A stretch of 64,000 nt of DNA from positions 1 to 64,000 of the forward strand of contig OZ025693.1 of NCBI GenBank assembly GCA_964019335.1, read 5' to 3'. Positions 49,001 to 59,794 of the stretch are shown in pieces. A program made the position numbers and the translations under genes. The notes beneath the pieces are model-generated. The model was not told the origin of the DNA and made no database searches. It saw only the letters and a list, made by a program, of their open reading frames with translations. How positions within the stretch are numbered: the first letter of the stretch is position 1; each line of letters starts with the position of its first letter. The DNA comes from Diplonema japonicum. Its lineage: Eukaryota > Protista > Euglenozoa: Diplonemea.

Positions 49001-49891
49001 TCAAGTCCGCGAATGCTTGTTTTTACAGGCAGTGCTGAACTTGCACTGCCCCTGTAGAAACATCAGACAAGTATTGCCTGCAAGCTTCGCATATTGACAA
49101 TTGGCACCGTACTTACAAGAACCAAACTGAGTAACACACGGATGGAGTGATGGCTTTGCCTTCGGCTTGGGTTGCGCGGGCGCTACCCATGCAGGAGCTG
49201 TTCCAGTCTGTGCAGGTGCTCTGGCCATCCCAGTCCATGGGCTAGGCTGCCATGGGAGGGCGTTAGGGTTCATGGTGCCAGGAGGGCATGAAGGAGCTGG
49301 GTCGTTTTGTGGTATCTGTGTGGTCACCACCAACCCCTTCGCAGCATTTGTGTACCCCGTCCTTTTTTTAGACCCGAGTGTTGGGAAGTCCTGTACGGAG
49401 TCCAGTACCAGTTCCTTCTCTTCTTGTTCCTCCCAGGCGCCGTATTCCTGCTCCATTGCCATCTCATAGGCCTGTGCCTGTGCCTCCTCGTGTGACACAG
49501 CACGCATTGTGACAAGGTCGTCGGTGTGCTGTGCATCGTAGTTGATGCTTATCTGTACGTTGTTCCTCGGTGCTGTCTTTTCTTGTATCAGCGGTCGCTC
49601 TGGCACCTTCTCTTGATAGTCTCGTTCCACCACTCCTAGTTTTGCCGACTTCCCCACCATCTTCACCTGGCCTACCCCCTCCACTACCTTCTCCACCGCC
49701 TGCACGCACCCACCGCGTGCCACGTCATGCCGGTACATGCACTGCTGTTTAAATGTACACCGCCCCCTTAGATAGTTCAGACACGTGTCCCCAGGGAAGT
49801 CCGCCATTTTGCACTGCCGCCCGTACTGGCACGACCCGTACTGCACTAGACACGGGTGCTTCTTCACAGGGGCCGTTGCATTCCCTGACAT
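49001..49891 (-). CDS. Tandem CCCH zinc-finger RNA-binding protein with PAM2-like motif
   Basis: Duplicated HPC..GSC.YG..C..GxTCL..L.G.C.F...C...H modules at both termini; MNPNALPWQP (PAM2-like) and DFPTLG. Confidence 0.8.
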   Translation of the reverse strand: MSGNATAPVKKHPCLVQYGSCQYGRQCKMADFPGDTCLNYLRGRCTFKQQCMYRHDVARGGCVQAVEKVVEGVGQVKMVGKSAKLGVVERDYQEKVPERPLIQEKTAPRNNVQISINYDAQHTDDLVTMRAVSHEEAQAQAYEMAMEQEYGAWEEQEEKELVLDSVQDFPTLGSKKRTGYTNAAKGLVVTTQIPQNDPAPSCPPGTMNPNALPWQPSPWTGMARAPAQTGTAPAWVAPAQPKPKAKPSLHPCVTQFGSCKYGANCQYAKLAGNTCLMFLQGQCKFSTACKNKHSRT

Positions 49892-49997
49892 ATTTCTTTT
49901 TTTTTTTTTTTATTTCCTGCCGCGGTTTCTTTTGCTCCTCGTTGGTAACCGCCACCCCAATCCATCACAAAGCCCTTGCTGTCCAACGGAAGTCAGA

Positions 49998-50918
49998 TCA
50001 CACTCCTATGAGCTTGTGCAGCACACTGCTGACGGTTCCTTCGAGCACGACCTCTGGCAGGGGCAGCTTCTGCTGTGCAAAGACACCTATGAAGGGCTTG
50101 AGGGGGAGCAGCACGTGGAGGTCGTCCAGTGAAGACATGCTGTTGTCCGTGATCGGCTGCATGTCACTCTTTGTGACGACGGGAAGGGACGGGTCGCACA
50201 GAGGGCGCAGGGTGTCTACCACGTGCTGCAGCTTCGCGATCTCAGTGGTGTAGTAGTACTGCTCTTGTAACTTGTCCGTCCGCTCTCCCATCATAGCCTC
50301 CTGAGCCGCGCTGAGGTTCTTTTGGAACAGCTCTACAAGCTCCTGGGAACGCTGTTGGCTTTCTTCGCAGCTCAGCTCCTTTGCTGCGACCTCACGCTCC
50401 GCCTCGTCGGCGCGGTGCAGCAATGTGAACACAGTCTGCTTGCACTGCCCCTCCAGCTCCCTCTTTTTTTTCTCCACGTTGTCGATGCATGTCAGCATAT
50501 ACTCCTTTTCGTCGTTACTTCTGTCGAGCTCTGTCTGCAGCATCTCCAGCTGGCTGCCTTTGGACTCCAGCTGCACTGTCTTCATCTTGTTGTCTTGCTT
50601 CAGCTGCCGAAGCGAAACCTTGAGATCAGCCACTTCGCGCTCCAAGGACTGGTTGACCTTGTGCATCCGTTGCAAGTGTTGCTGAAGTATTTCCTTATCG
50701 CGGCCGCTTGTGAAGAAAGGGTCCGAATTTGATGACAACCCCCCACCCCCCGGTCCCTCCGTACCTGGAATGAGAGACTCATTCCTCTTCTTCCCAACAT
50801 GCGGAGTGTATGGCGGCCTGGGGGCGACTGTCGCCATTCTTCCATCCACGATGCCATTCCAGTCAGACTCTTTAAAGAAAGGCTCAGTCCTCCTCCTCCC
50901 CTTCGCGACCCCCTTCAT
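49998..50918 (-). CDS. Coiled-coil hypothetical protein, 306 aa
   Basis: Clean ORF with heptad-rich centre. Confidence 0.7.
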   Translation of the reverse strand: MKGVAKGRRRTEPFFKESDWNGIVDGRMATVAPRPPYTPHVGKKRNESLIPGTEGPGGGGLSSNSDPFFTSGRDKEILQQHLQRMHKVNQSLEREVADLKVSLRQLKQDNKMKTVQLESKGSQLEMLQTELDRSNDEKEYMLTCIDNVEKKKRELEGQCKQTVFTLLHRADEAEREVAAKELSCEESQQRSQELVELFQKNLSAAQEAMMGERTDKLQEQYYYTTEIAKLQHVVDTLRPLCDPSLPVVTKSDMQPITDNSMSSLDDLHVLLPLKPFIGVFAQQKLPLPEVVLEGTVSSVLHKLIGV

Positions 50919-51218
50919 GCCTGTGGTGCATGATTACGAGAATAGGTGGGGAAAAGAAAACTGAAGAGCAAAAATCTTTTTTTTTCTTTCTTGGGTCGGG
51001 GAGGGGGGAGAGGAGTGAGTGGACACAAGTAGCATTGAGCCCTCCCTTTCTAGCAAATGCTATGCACATGCGTGTACGGGGGCCAGGTCTTTTTCTTCTT
51101 CTTCATTCTTTTTTTTTATTATCATTCTGGAACCCCTACGTGTAGGCACCCAACGAAGGGTGGACGTTATTGAGTGAAGTTCACGTAATTATTTCTTCTT
51201 TTTTTTTCTTTTAGATAT

Positions 51219-53177
51219 TTACCAGCCGCGGCCCCTCATGTTCTTGAGATCTGTAGAGAACCTGGGGACAGGCCTGGTGACGTTGCTATTGGACTCGGTG
51301 CAGTCGGGCACGGACTCAAGGTTTGCACATCCACCGAGGTACGAGTTGGTGTTGTAAGGAACGGTGATGTAGCCCTTCTTGAAGGCCTGCGACATGGACC
51401 ACCAGTTGGACGATGGGTCCTGCTGTGCCATAGTGTCGACCCTGTGAGGTGTTGGTGCGCATAAAATCGGACAAAAAAAAAATGTTGCATACTTGTAGCA
51501 CCAGAAGGACCATCCCAGCTGCTTTTCGTAAGTGAAAATCTGCTTGGTCGCAAAATTCTGGTAGTGCACATCCCACCACAAGGAGTCCAACCTGTTCTTT
51601 AAGTCGTTAGGCCTGCACTGCCCTGCATTCCAGTTGTTCCTCGCTTTTGCCGTGCTGGGGGATCCGTTGAGCATCCCCATGCAGTTGTCGATGGCAAGGG
51701 ACCACTCCCCCACAAAGACAGGGAGCGAGGTGCACGACTTAAAAGTAAGCAGCCCATCGTACTGGCACGCTATGTTCTCTGTAATGGTGATCTTCTGCCT
51801 GTCGCAGGCCTCACTGTCACTGGCAACGTCGGCGATGTTGAACGCGTGGTACAAGTGGGTGTCCATGAAGACGTTGGTAAGGTCGTAGTGCCTGAGCAGC
51901 CACGTCCAGGGGAAGTGCCTGAAGGCGTCGTGCCACAAGAGGGGCAGTGTCTTATACGTCCAGTAGGAGGGCGGACAGGTCCCCGTGCACTGCTTGGTCC
52001 TAATATCATTCAACATGTAAAAGTAGAAATCTCTTACAAGCGAGATATCGTCGAAGACCCACGGCTCGTTGACAAGCTCCAGCATGATGACCGTGTCGTT
52101 GATACCCTGCTTGGGGAGCATCTCGACAATGTACTCGGACATCACGTTGAGAACAACATGCGTGTCATCCATGCATGTCTTGGTGTACAGCCATGTGTCG
52201 CCCCATGTGTCTTGGTTCGCGTTCATCGACTTGTTACCACTGTTGTCGAGACCGTTCTGACTGCAGGGCGCACCATGCAGGTCGAGGATGAGCTTAAGCC
52301 CTGCTTTTTGAGCCATTTTGATGATCTTGGTGATGGGATGTGCAGGGTCAGTGATGTTCTGCGCCGGTACGATGTACTCGCCATGTGAGATGCCCCCTTG
52401 GGCGGCGAAGTACCACCACCCAACAGGGAGACGGACTGTGTTCAACTTCATTGTCTGTCTCATGGTGTCAAAATCGCTTTGTGTGTACCATGTGTTCCAC
52501 CAGTTATCAAGCTTTGTCGCAGCGTCGGGATTCGTCTTTGCGGTAAGGGAATACGTGTACTGGTCACGAACATTGTCGTCCCAATTTGTGAAGCCTCTGT
52601 TGATCCACGGTTCAAGGACGAATAGACCGCCGATGTTGACCGATCTTAAAGGCTCGTCCCCGATGTGGTGTACCCATGGGGCAGCTTTCCAGGGTTCTTC
52701 CTTGATGTGGTTTGGGCAGGACATTGATCCGTATGCATCCATAGAACAGTCAGAGGGGTGCTTTTCAATGGAGGAGTTAAACATGCCTTCGAACCATAAG
52801 TTGATGTAATCGACAAGCTTCTGCCCGCTGTTGTCGTTTAGGACGTCGTTGTAGCTGCACTGCTTGGTGCTGTTGCACCATGTGAGGGGGAAGTCCATGC
52901 AGCTGTACGTGTAGTTGGCGTACTCTGGGAGCTCCAAGACAAAGATTCCCCTGTTGTTCCCACAGCTGTACTTTGCTAGCTCAGACACGAACTTGGGGTC
53001 GTTTTTTAAAGTGTCTATATTTGTAGCATTGACACTTGGTATAATATGACACAGTAGTTCCGACAGAGTAGCGGCGTTTGTCGGGACAGATGGGTCCTGT
53101 GCTGGGTAAGGGTTCAATGGGGACCCCGTCACAGCGCCATATATTGCTATGAACACTGCCGCTTTAATCACTTTCAT
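51219..53177 (-). CDS. Secreted glycoside hydrolase family 5, exo-beta-1,3-glucanase-like; in-frame intron 51442-51492
   Basis: Signal peptide; VNIGGLFVLEPWI, NTVRLPVGWW, DLHGAPCSQNGLDNSG, catalytic NEP and GEWS, GWSFWCYK. Confidence 0.9.
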   Translation of the reverse strand: MKVIKAAVFIAIYGAVTGSPLNPYPAQDPSVPTNAATLSELLCHIIPSVNATNIDTLKNDPKFVSELAKYSCGNNRGIFVLELPEYANYTYSCMDFPLTWCNSTKQCSYNDVLNDNSGQKLVDYINLWFEGMFNSSIEKHPSDCSMDAYGSMSCPNHIKEEPWKAAPWVHHIGDEPLRSVNIGGLFVLEPWINRGFTNWDDNVRDQYTYSLTAKTNPDAATKLDNWWNTWYTQSDFDTMRQTMKLNTVRLPVGWWYFAAQGGISHGEYIVPAQNITDPAHPITKIIKMAQKAGLKLILDLHGAPCSQNGLDNSGNKSMNANQDTWGDTWLYTKTCMDDTHVVLNVMSEYIVEMLPKQGINDTVIMLELVNEPWVFDDISLVRDFYFYMLNDIRTKQCTGTCPPSYWTYKTLPLLWHDAFRHFPWTWLLRHYDLTNVFMDTHLYHAFNIADVASDSEACDRQKITITENIACQYDGLLTFKSCTSLPVFVGEWSLAIDNCMGMLNGSPSTAKARNNWNAGQCRPNDLKNRLDSLWWDVHYQNFATKQIFTYEKQLGWSFWCYKYATFFFCPILCAPTPHRVDTMAQQDPSSNWWSMSQAFKKGYITVPYNTNSYLGGCANLESVPDCTESNSNVTRPVPRFSTDLKNMRGRGW

Positions 53178-54239
53178 TTTTTATTTCTTTCTTTCCCCCA
53201 CCCACTCTTCTCCCCCTTTTTTTTTAATTTGCCTCGAATACCGGGGGGGGGGGGGGGAACAAAAGTTTACAGTTTTACCCTTTAAACAAATAAATAAAAC
53301 TGGGGGGGGGGGGAGGGGGGAGGGAATAATTGCTGGATAACAATAGCGATTGCGTAAGTGGAATACAGAAGATTAAAATTTTTTTGCACTTTTTTTTTTC
53401 CCCTCTCCTTTTTTTTCTCTCGTCTTTTTTAGGACGGAAACTTTTTTATATATAAAAAAAAAAAAAAAACAATAAAAAAAAAAAGTCGGTACTTTAGTTC
53501 ATTTGTTTGTGCACAAGGTACAAATCTTGAGAACTACTCTTTTTTTTGTTCTTACAAGAAACCGAAGTACTTGCTAAACAAAAAAGAGGGGAGGGGGGAC
53601 ACACACACAGAAGGTTTTACGGCCGAGACACCTTGTTTTTATTCCCCCCCTTTTTTTTTTCATAATCTCTTTGAACAGAGAAGAAAAAGGGAAAACAGAA
53701 AGCTGGAGCACGCACCGCTGTTATAGCTTGTCTCGCCCGCGGAAGGCAATGCCGAAAGAATCACTTTTCTTTTTTTAAATCAAACACATCCAGCACTTAC
53801 CTGGTTCTCTCGCAAAAACCGCTGGGGACACAGGATCATAAAGACCCTTTTTATTTTTGAACTTTTACGAATCTTACTTTCATTGCAACAGAATAGTCTA
53901 GAACCTACTCCTGAGCAAAAAAAGGAGGGGGGGGAAAAAAAAAGTGAGGAGAAAAAGAGATGGTTTTTTTTTCTTCTTTTTTTATTATCTTCTAAATTCT
54001 TCCGCCATCAATGAATTCTACAAATATCTCCTCCGACTACTTGTCTTTTGTCGCTCGCAAAAAAAAGAAGAAAAAAAAAGAAAAGGAAAAAAAAAGGATT
54101 AAAAAAAAAAACTGCGAAAGTCGTTGCATATAAGTTTTAAAATCCAAGATTCTTGATTCTTCTTTTTTTTTTAAAAGACAAATTTTGTGTAACAAGAAGA
54201 GAAACAAAGGAGAGAGAAAAAAAAAAAAAAGAAACAATC

Positions 54240-54473
54240 TTAATTCTTGTGAGGCATCTCTCGATAAAACGGGGGTTCCATTCCAGCATGCGCGAGATAC
54301 TATTTTTTTTTTTTTCTTCTTCTTTTTTTTTTTTTATGCAAAGAAACACACCTCATAACCCGACCCAGTGAGATTCAGATTTGTGAGAGGCAACCCATTC
54401 AACCGCTTTTCTTGAATCTCAAGAGCGAGGTCAGCCAGGCGTTGGATTGCAGGACGGAGAACACGTGCTTTGA

Positions 54474-54513
<40 letters not shown>

Positions 54514-55572
54514 CTCTTTACATACAGGATCGTTAATAGACAGCCCCGGTCCCTGCTGAACTTCAGTAAGGTACACCTTTAAATTGCTGTCTAGGATGAA
54601 ATCGGCTCCAAATAGTTCGAACCTCCCGAAGCCCTTCTGCTCATCATCACCCGTCATAAGACTCGATGTAGAATTCGCAACACGAAGCAAGCACTGCTTC
54701 ATAGTACTTAAGGCATGTTGCACTGCTTCCGGACTATGCTTCAGCTCCCCCGTCAGGTAGGCCTCAAACTGGTCCAGCGACCACTTCAAGGCTCCCGACT
54801 TGGAAAGCCTGTCGTAATCAGGATGTTTTTTCTGCTGGAAAATATTAGTAAGATGCTTCAAGGGATTCGAGTAGTCCTCATTCACGTACGCCATACTGTT
54901 AATACGTGCTTGCCCTACCTTATACACCACAGCGATAAGCGGTTCAAGGGACACAACAGCCCAATATAGCCGGAGTTCGCATTTCCTGCCTTCTAGGAGT
55001 AACGGGTTTTGAATGTAACGTTGAACTACGTATCTGGTGCCAGATTTGACTTTTCGTTTCACCAGAACCATGGCGGTGCTGTTCCACCATTGGTCTGCTG
55101 AGCTGTCGTGGATGGTGATGCCCATGCCCATCGACTCCTTTGTTTGTTTAAATATCCAAACGCCTTTCTTGATTTCGGGATCGGCGAGGAATGATTCCAC
55201 ATCGTCCTGTGTGACTAATGGGAATGTCTTAGGCATGCACGTGGTGTGTTTGAGGTTGTTGGTTGACTCGTACTGGTTTACATTGATGAAAAGGTTGGCT
55301 TTATCCGTCATAGGTGTGCTTGTCGGGAGTTTGTTGTAAATCTGCCGTATCGGGTTGCTCACGAATTTTTTTCTCCTCATTCTGTGGTTCCGCAGCCACA
55401 CCAAGGTGGATTCCTCGGGGTCGTTTGCTTCTTCCCATGTGCCGTGTTCTTTCCCTATGAGTATCTCCCTGGCGTTAACCCCTTTTACGTAGGCCAGGCG
55501 GGGCAGCTTTATAGGGGCAGCGGTCGTTAAGTGTAGAAGTGCAAGGAGGGGGCAGAATAGTTGGAGTTGCAT
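54240..55572 (-). CDS. Tubulin-tyrosine-ligase-like ATP-grasp protein with N-terminal signal peptide; introns 54475-54525 and 54300-54351
   Basis: WIFK..MGMGI, VVQRYIQNPLLLEGRKCELRLY, HLTN, FELFGADFILD..LTEVQQGP; N-terminus MQLQLFCPLLALLHLTTA. Confidence 0.85.
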
Positions 55573-55968
55573 TTATTATTATTTTTTTTTATTCCTTGGG
55601 GGGTGTATATGAAAATGAAGAAATCTAGAGGAAAGGGGGGGTGGTGGTGGTGAAAAAAAAAAAAGAAAATCACAGAAAAAGAGAGAAAAACTGAACCGTA
55701 GTAGAGGGGGAAAAAAATGGGGGGGGGTGAATAAATTGTGCTGTTTTTCTGGGTGTTGTGTAGAGTTTTTTTTTTTTCATTTTTTTTTTTTTTTTTCGCT
55801 TGAGCAAAAGAAAAATAGTTGAGGCGAAAAGAGAAGCGGGGGAAAAAAACCATAATTGCAACCTCTATTTTCTTTTTTTTTTTTTTTTTTGCTCAGGGGA
55901 AATAGTAGTTTTGTCCACGCACTTAATCTTATGGATGGTCGTTTTCTCTCTTTTTTTTTTTTTTTTTT

Positions 55969-56090
55969 TTGCAAGAACGAGTCTTTGACTTGTCTAAACA
56001 AAAGGGGAACGTTGGCAAACGTGTTTCGGACAAACGTCTCCAGGTTCTACCCGGCACGTACAAACAACGGCCAGTTCCTCTTTTCTTTTT
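55969..56090 (+). repeat. ~120-bp dispersed repeat, inverted copy of 21040-21162
   Basis: Direct sequence match; flanked by T-tracts on the plus strand. Confidence 0.85.
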
Positions 56091-56780
56091 TTTTTCCCCC
56101 CTTTTTTTCCCCCCCCATTTGTGCCCTGAGGTCCTGGGAGGCAGGACACCCGGCATTACCCGTTGGGTAGTTCCACTTAATAATCAAAATTCTTGATGCA
56201 TGAGAGCGCTGCTTGCAGTGAATGAAGAGTATCGTACCAGTGAAAACGTTTCCTTTCCCCCCCTTGCCTTGCATGTTAGGCAACGCACCCAAAAATTAAC
56301 TTAAGACTAAAGAAAAAAGAAACTTCTTTTATTCCCACATCCTGAGCTTGCAGGATTTGCGGAGAAAAAAAGTTGCATAAACAAAAAAAAAAAAAAAAAC
56401 AAAAAAGGAACGTCATTTTCTTTTTAGCACTTAGTAACGATAACAAGAAGAAGAGAGAGAGAAAAAAAAGAAACTTTTTAGTTCCTTCTTTCTTTAGATG
56501 AAACGGGGGGGATTCGCCCCCCCCCCCCCCCCCCCCCCCTCCCATCGATAAATCACACGACCCGAAAAACTATCTGGTGGTGCTCGCGGAAAAAAGAAAG
56601 GAAGGAAAAAAAAAAAAAACGGAGGAGGGAGGAAAAAAAGAAAAAAAAGAAAGCCCGTCCGATCCCCATCCCCACTTTAGCTTCCGGTTTTCTTTTTCTT
56701 TTTTCTTCTTCTTCTTTTTCCTTTACCCCTTAAGAAAGCACCGAAGACTCACGCGCAAAAAAAAAAAAAAAAAAAATAAA

Positions 56781-58327
56781 TAAAGGGGCAATCCCTTTAT
56801 TTGGGCAGTGGAGGGGGGGTGTTAGGGCTCCAAAAAAAAAGAATTATTTGGAATACACTTATTTGGGCTAGGTCGCCTGCCACATGGAAAGCAGGGAGCG
56901 GGGCTTAGAGCACTTCGGAAATCTTAACATGCCAAATCGTGCCAAGATTTTTTTCATGCCCTTTTTTTTCCAAGGGAAATTTTAAAACAGTTTTTCTCCC
57001 AGGCTGTGGAGAACCCACAAACGTTGCAGACAGACCGCCTGGTTTTGGCGTTAGGTGGTTGCTGGGAGGTTGCAGGGGTCTGAGAGGCTTGAGAATCTGT
57101 CGGGGCTTGAGAAGCTGCAAGGGCTTGGGAGGCTGCTGGAGTCTCGTCAGGTGCAGTGTCCATTGTAACACCCGCAACTACGTTCTGTGCTGCACTGTCT
57201 AAAGCCCGACCCCTTCAAAGTGCTTACTTCGCTAAGTGCCCTTAGCTGTATGGTCTCCTCGGAATTACCTGGAAGGTAGCCGCGAGACCGCATACAGCTA
57301 AAGGTGTCGAGCAGTTGCATGACCTTTCTCATGTGCCGCCCTACCCACAGTTCCACGTTGATTCGGCGCTCTGCTGCAGTCATCACCAACGTCCCGTCTC
57401 GGCTGCTTGCCGCAGCCCCCTAACCCCTCAAAATGGCGGGAGGTCTGGATCGCCGGCGCCACACAGAAGCAGCCTCACAATACGTACTTTTCCTTTTCAA
57501 TCGATTGTTATATTTGTACTAATAAAATATAGCGCGCATTCGACGGCACTGCAGCGACTGGCACCTTCCGAAGAAGGGCCTCCCACGTCCGCCGGGTTGA
57601 GCAGAGGATGCCCCGGGGCGGCCGTTCCAGTCTGATCATGTCGCACTACAATATATTTCTCATCTTCTAGAAGAAGAAAATGGGGTTTTTGCCCTCGTAG
57701 CTCGCCGGGCCAGCACTCTTACTTGCGTAAGCAGCCTCACAATACCGCCAGTGGGCTACGGCACAGCTTTGGGATCTTGCTCAGGAATGGAATATTGACA
57801 TTGCGGGCCATGAAAGCAAATACTGGATAAGCTGTCAACACATGAATCCACGTGCCCTTCCGGCAACGCAGAAGCACCCGGGCCACCCACAAAGCGCCTT
57901 CGAACTAAGTACCATTCCATGAAATTTTGAACCATTCAGCACGAACCATCTAGCTTCTTGCGTTAAGAAAAATAGTCCCCCACAATAACCCCCAGGTGCT
58001 AACCCCCGTGGTCCCTGTTCAAAATGCAAAAGAATTGCTCGTAAGTGCCCAAAAAGTGCCCAAAACCAGGCGGAAATCGAGTTTTTGGTCAAAAAAGGGG
58101 TGTATACACGGGTTAGGTCGGCTAGTACCTGCACAGGCGTGACTGAGAAAAGCCCGTTGCACGACTTACCATGTGACCCCCTCACCCTCCGGTCCCCCCC
58201 CCCAAAAAAAAAGAAAGGGGTCGGGAATTATTTGGGAAATTTGGAGCGGAAAAATCCCCGAAAAAAAAAAAAGAATTATTGGGAAAAAAACACATTATTT
58301 GGGAGGGAATTATTCGGGCCCCCTTTA
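56781..58327 (-). mobile_element. Decayed Tc1/mariner-like DNA transposon (~1.55 kb)
   Basis: Short inverted ends TA|AAGGGGC..GCCCCCTT|TA; subterminal direct repeats gaattatt(t)gg..cac(a)ttatttggg; SQ-repeat plus CxxC remnant like the 15.6-kb element; IRLERPP/HPLLNPAD resembles the DDE/D third-acid motif. Confidence 0.45.
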
Positions 58328-58487
58328 CATGGTGCAGTGTGACCCGGAGGGAGGGTCAGTCTGGTGGGTATTTTGGTCCGCTCGCGATTCGACCGCTTTT
58401 ATGGATTCTTTTGCAAATCTCGTATAAAAGAAAAATATGGAATGGAAAAAACGTAAGATAAGAGAAAAAAAAAAGAAGAAAAAAAAA

Positions 58488-58815
58488 ATGGGGCTTTGAT
58501 TGCAACACTAGGTGGCGTTAAGCGTGCAATGAAGCACGAACTACCTACTTGATTACAGGGGGCGCTCCCCGGCCGAGTTGTAGCTTCTTTTGCGTTCCGC
58601 GTCGTGTCCTTAATGCGTGCGGTGTGCTCAACCCTAGCCGGGGCGTCCCGGGTAACCAAGATTCTGCGCTCGTGCAGTTTGCTGCCTGTTCGTCACCCTG
58701 AGCATCTGCGTTACGTTCTTCCACTCGGGCGCTACCGGTGATGACCGACGAGGAGGTCAACAGCGAACAACACATCTGATGTACTTCTTATATTTCCATG
58801 TTATCCCCACCACCT
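58488..58815 (-). mobile_element. SINE-like repeat, copy 3 (full length, tail type A)
   Basis: Matches 10165-10476; 76-aa ORF. Confidence 0.85.
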
Positions 58816-59473
58816 AAAAAAACAACTAACACAAAAGAGGTACCTAATTTGGAAGTGCCCCTTGTCTCTACTAACCTTTATACTCCATGATTATCTTATC
58901 CCCATCATCTGGAAACAAGAAAAAAAAAAAAAAAAACAAACATACAACTATTTTTGAGTTGAGATTGGAGATTTTAGAAAGAAAAAAAAAAGGGGGGCCT
59001 TAACTTTTTGAAAACTGCCTTGTTGCTGTAAGCACCAAAGCTTAGACCCCCCTCGTAAACTCTCTAGCTGTCCGGCAGGGGAAAAAAAAAAAAAAAGAGA
59101 GGGAGAGCAGTTTTTTTTTTAAAAAAAAAAAGAAAGAGACAGAGATAGCGATCTGTGTCTTCTATCTGTCCCAGCTCATACATCTGGTCGGCTTTCTTTT
59201 TATCTTTTTTTTTGATTGTACACCGCAAAAAGGGGGGGGGGGGATCAAAACGGGACGGAGGGAACATCAAGATGCCGCAGGGTAGTTTTTTTTTTCTTCT
59301 TCTTCTTTTTCCTTTTCGTTTTTTTATCTCTTTTCTATATTATTTGACGAATTGTTGGATTCTAACCGAGAGGGGACCAAAAGTTGGTCGATGACCGAAT
59401 TACAACTCCTCTTTTTTTAAAAGGGAACTCACTATGATAGAAACGAAGCAGGCAACGGCCCACAAAAAAATAT

Positions 59474-59794
59474 ATGAGTTAAAGGAGGCCGGTGCTGGCG
59501 GCGCCCTGCACAAGAACTGTCTACTTGATTACAGGGGGCGCGCCGCGGCCGAGTTGTAGCTTCTTCTGCGTTCCGCGTCGTGTCCTTAATGCGTGCGGTG
59601 TACAGCTCAACCCCAGCCGGTGCGTCCCGGGTAACCAAGATTCTGCGCTCGTGCAGTTTGCTGCCTGTTCGTCACCCTGAGCATCTGCATGATGTTCTTC
59701 CACTCGGGCGCTACCGGTGATGACCGGCGAGGAGGTCAACAGCGAACAACACATCTGATGTTTTTCTTATATTTTCATGTTATCCCCACCACCT
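59474..59794 (-). mobile_element. SINE-like repeat, copy 4 (full length, tail type B)
   Basis: Body matches copy 3; 3' ~50 nt match copy 2; 77-aa ORF. Confidence 0.85.

Noticed and set aside
56265-56292. GCCTAACATGCAAG (and GCTGGCGGCG at ~59891), resembling the 16S rRNA 5' region
   Set aside because: Short words with no flanking similarity
57467-57745. 17-bp direct repeat aagcagcctcacaatac about 260 bp apart
   Set aside because: Could be a TSD, but the enclosed sequence shows no element hallmarks; treated as part of the decayed transposon
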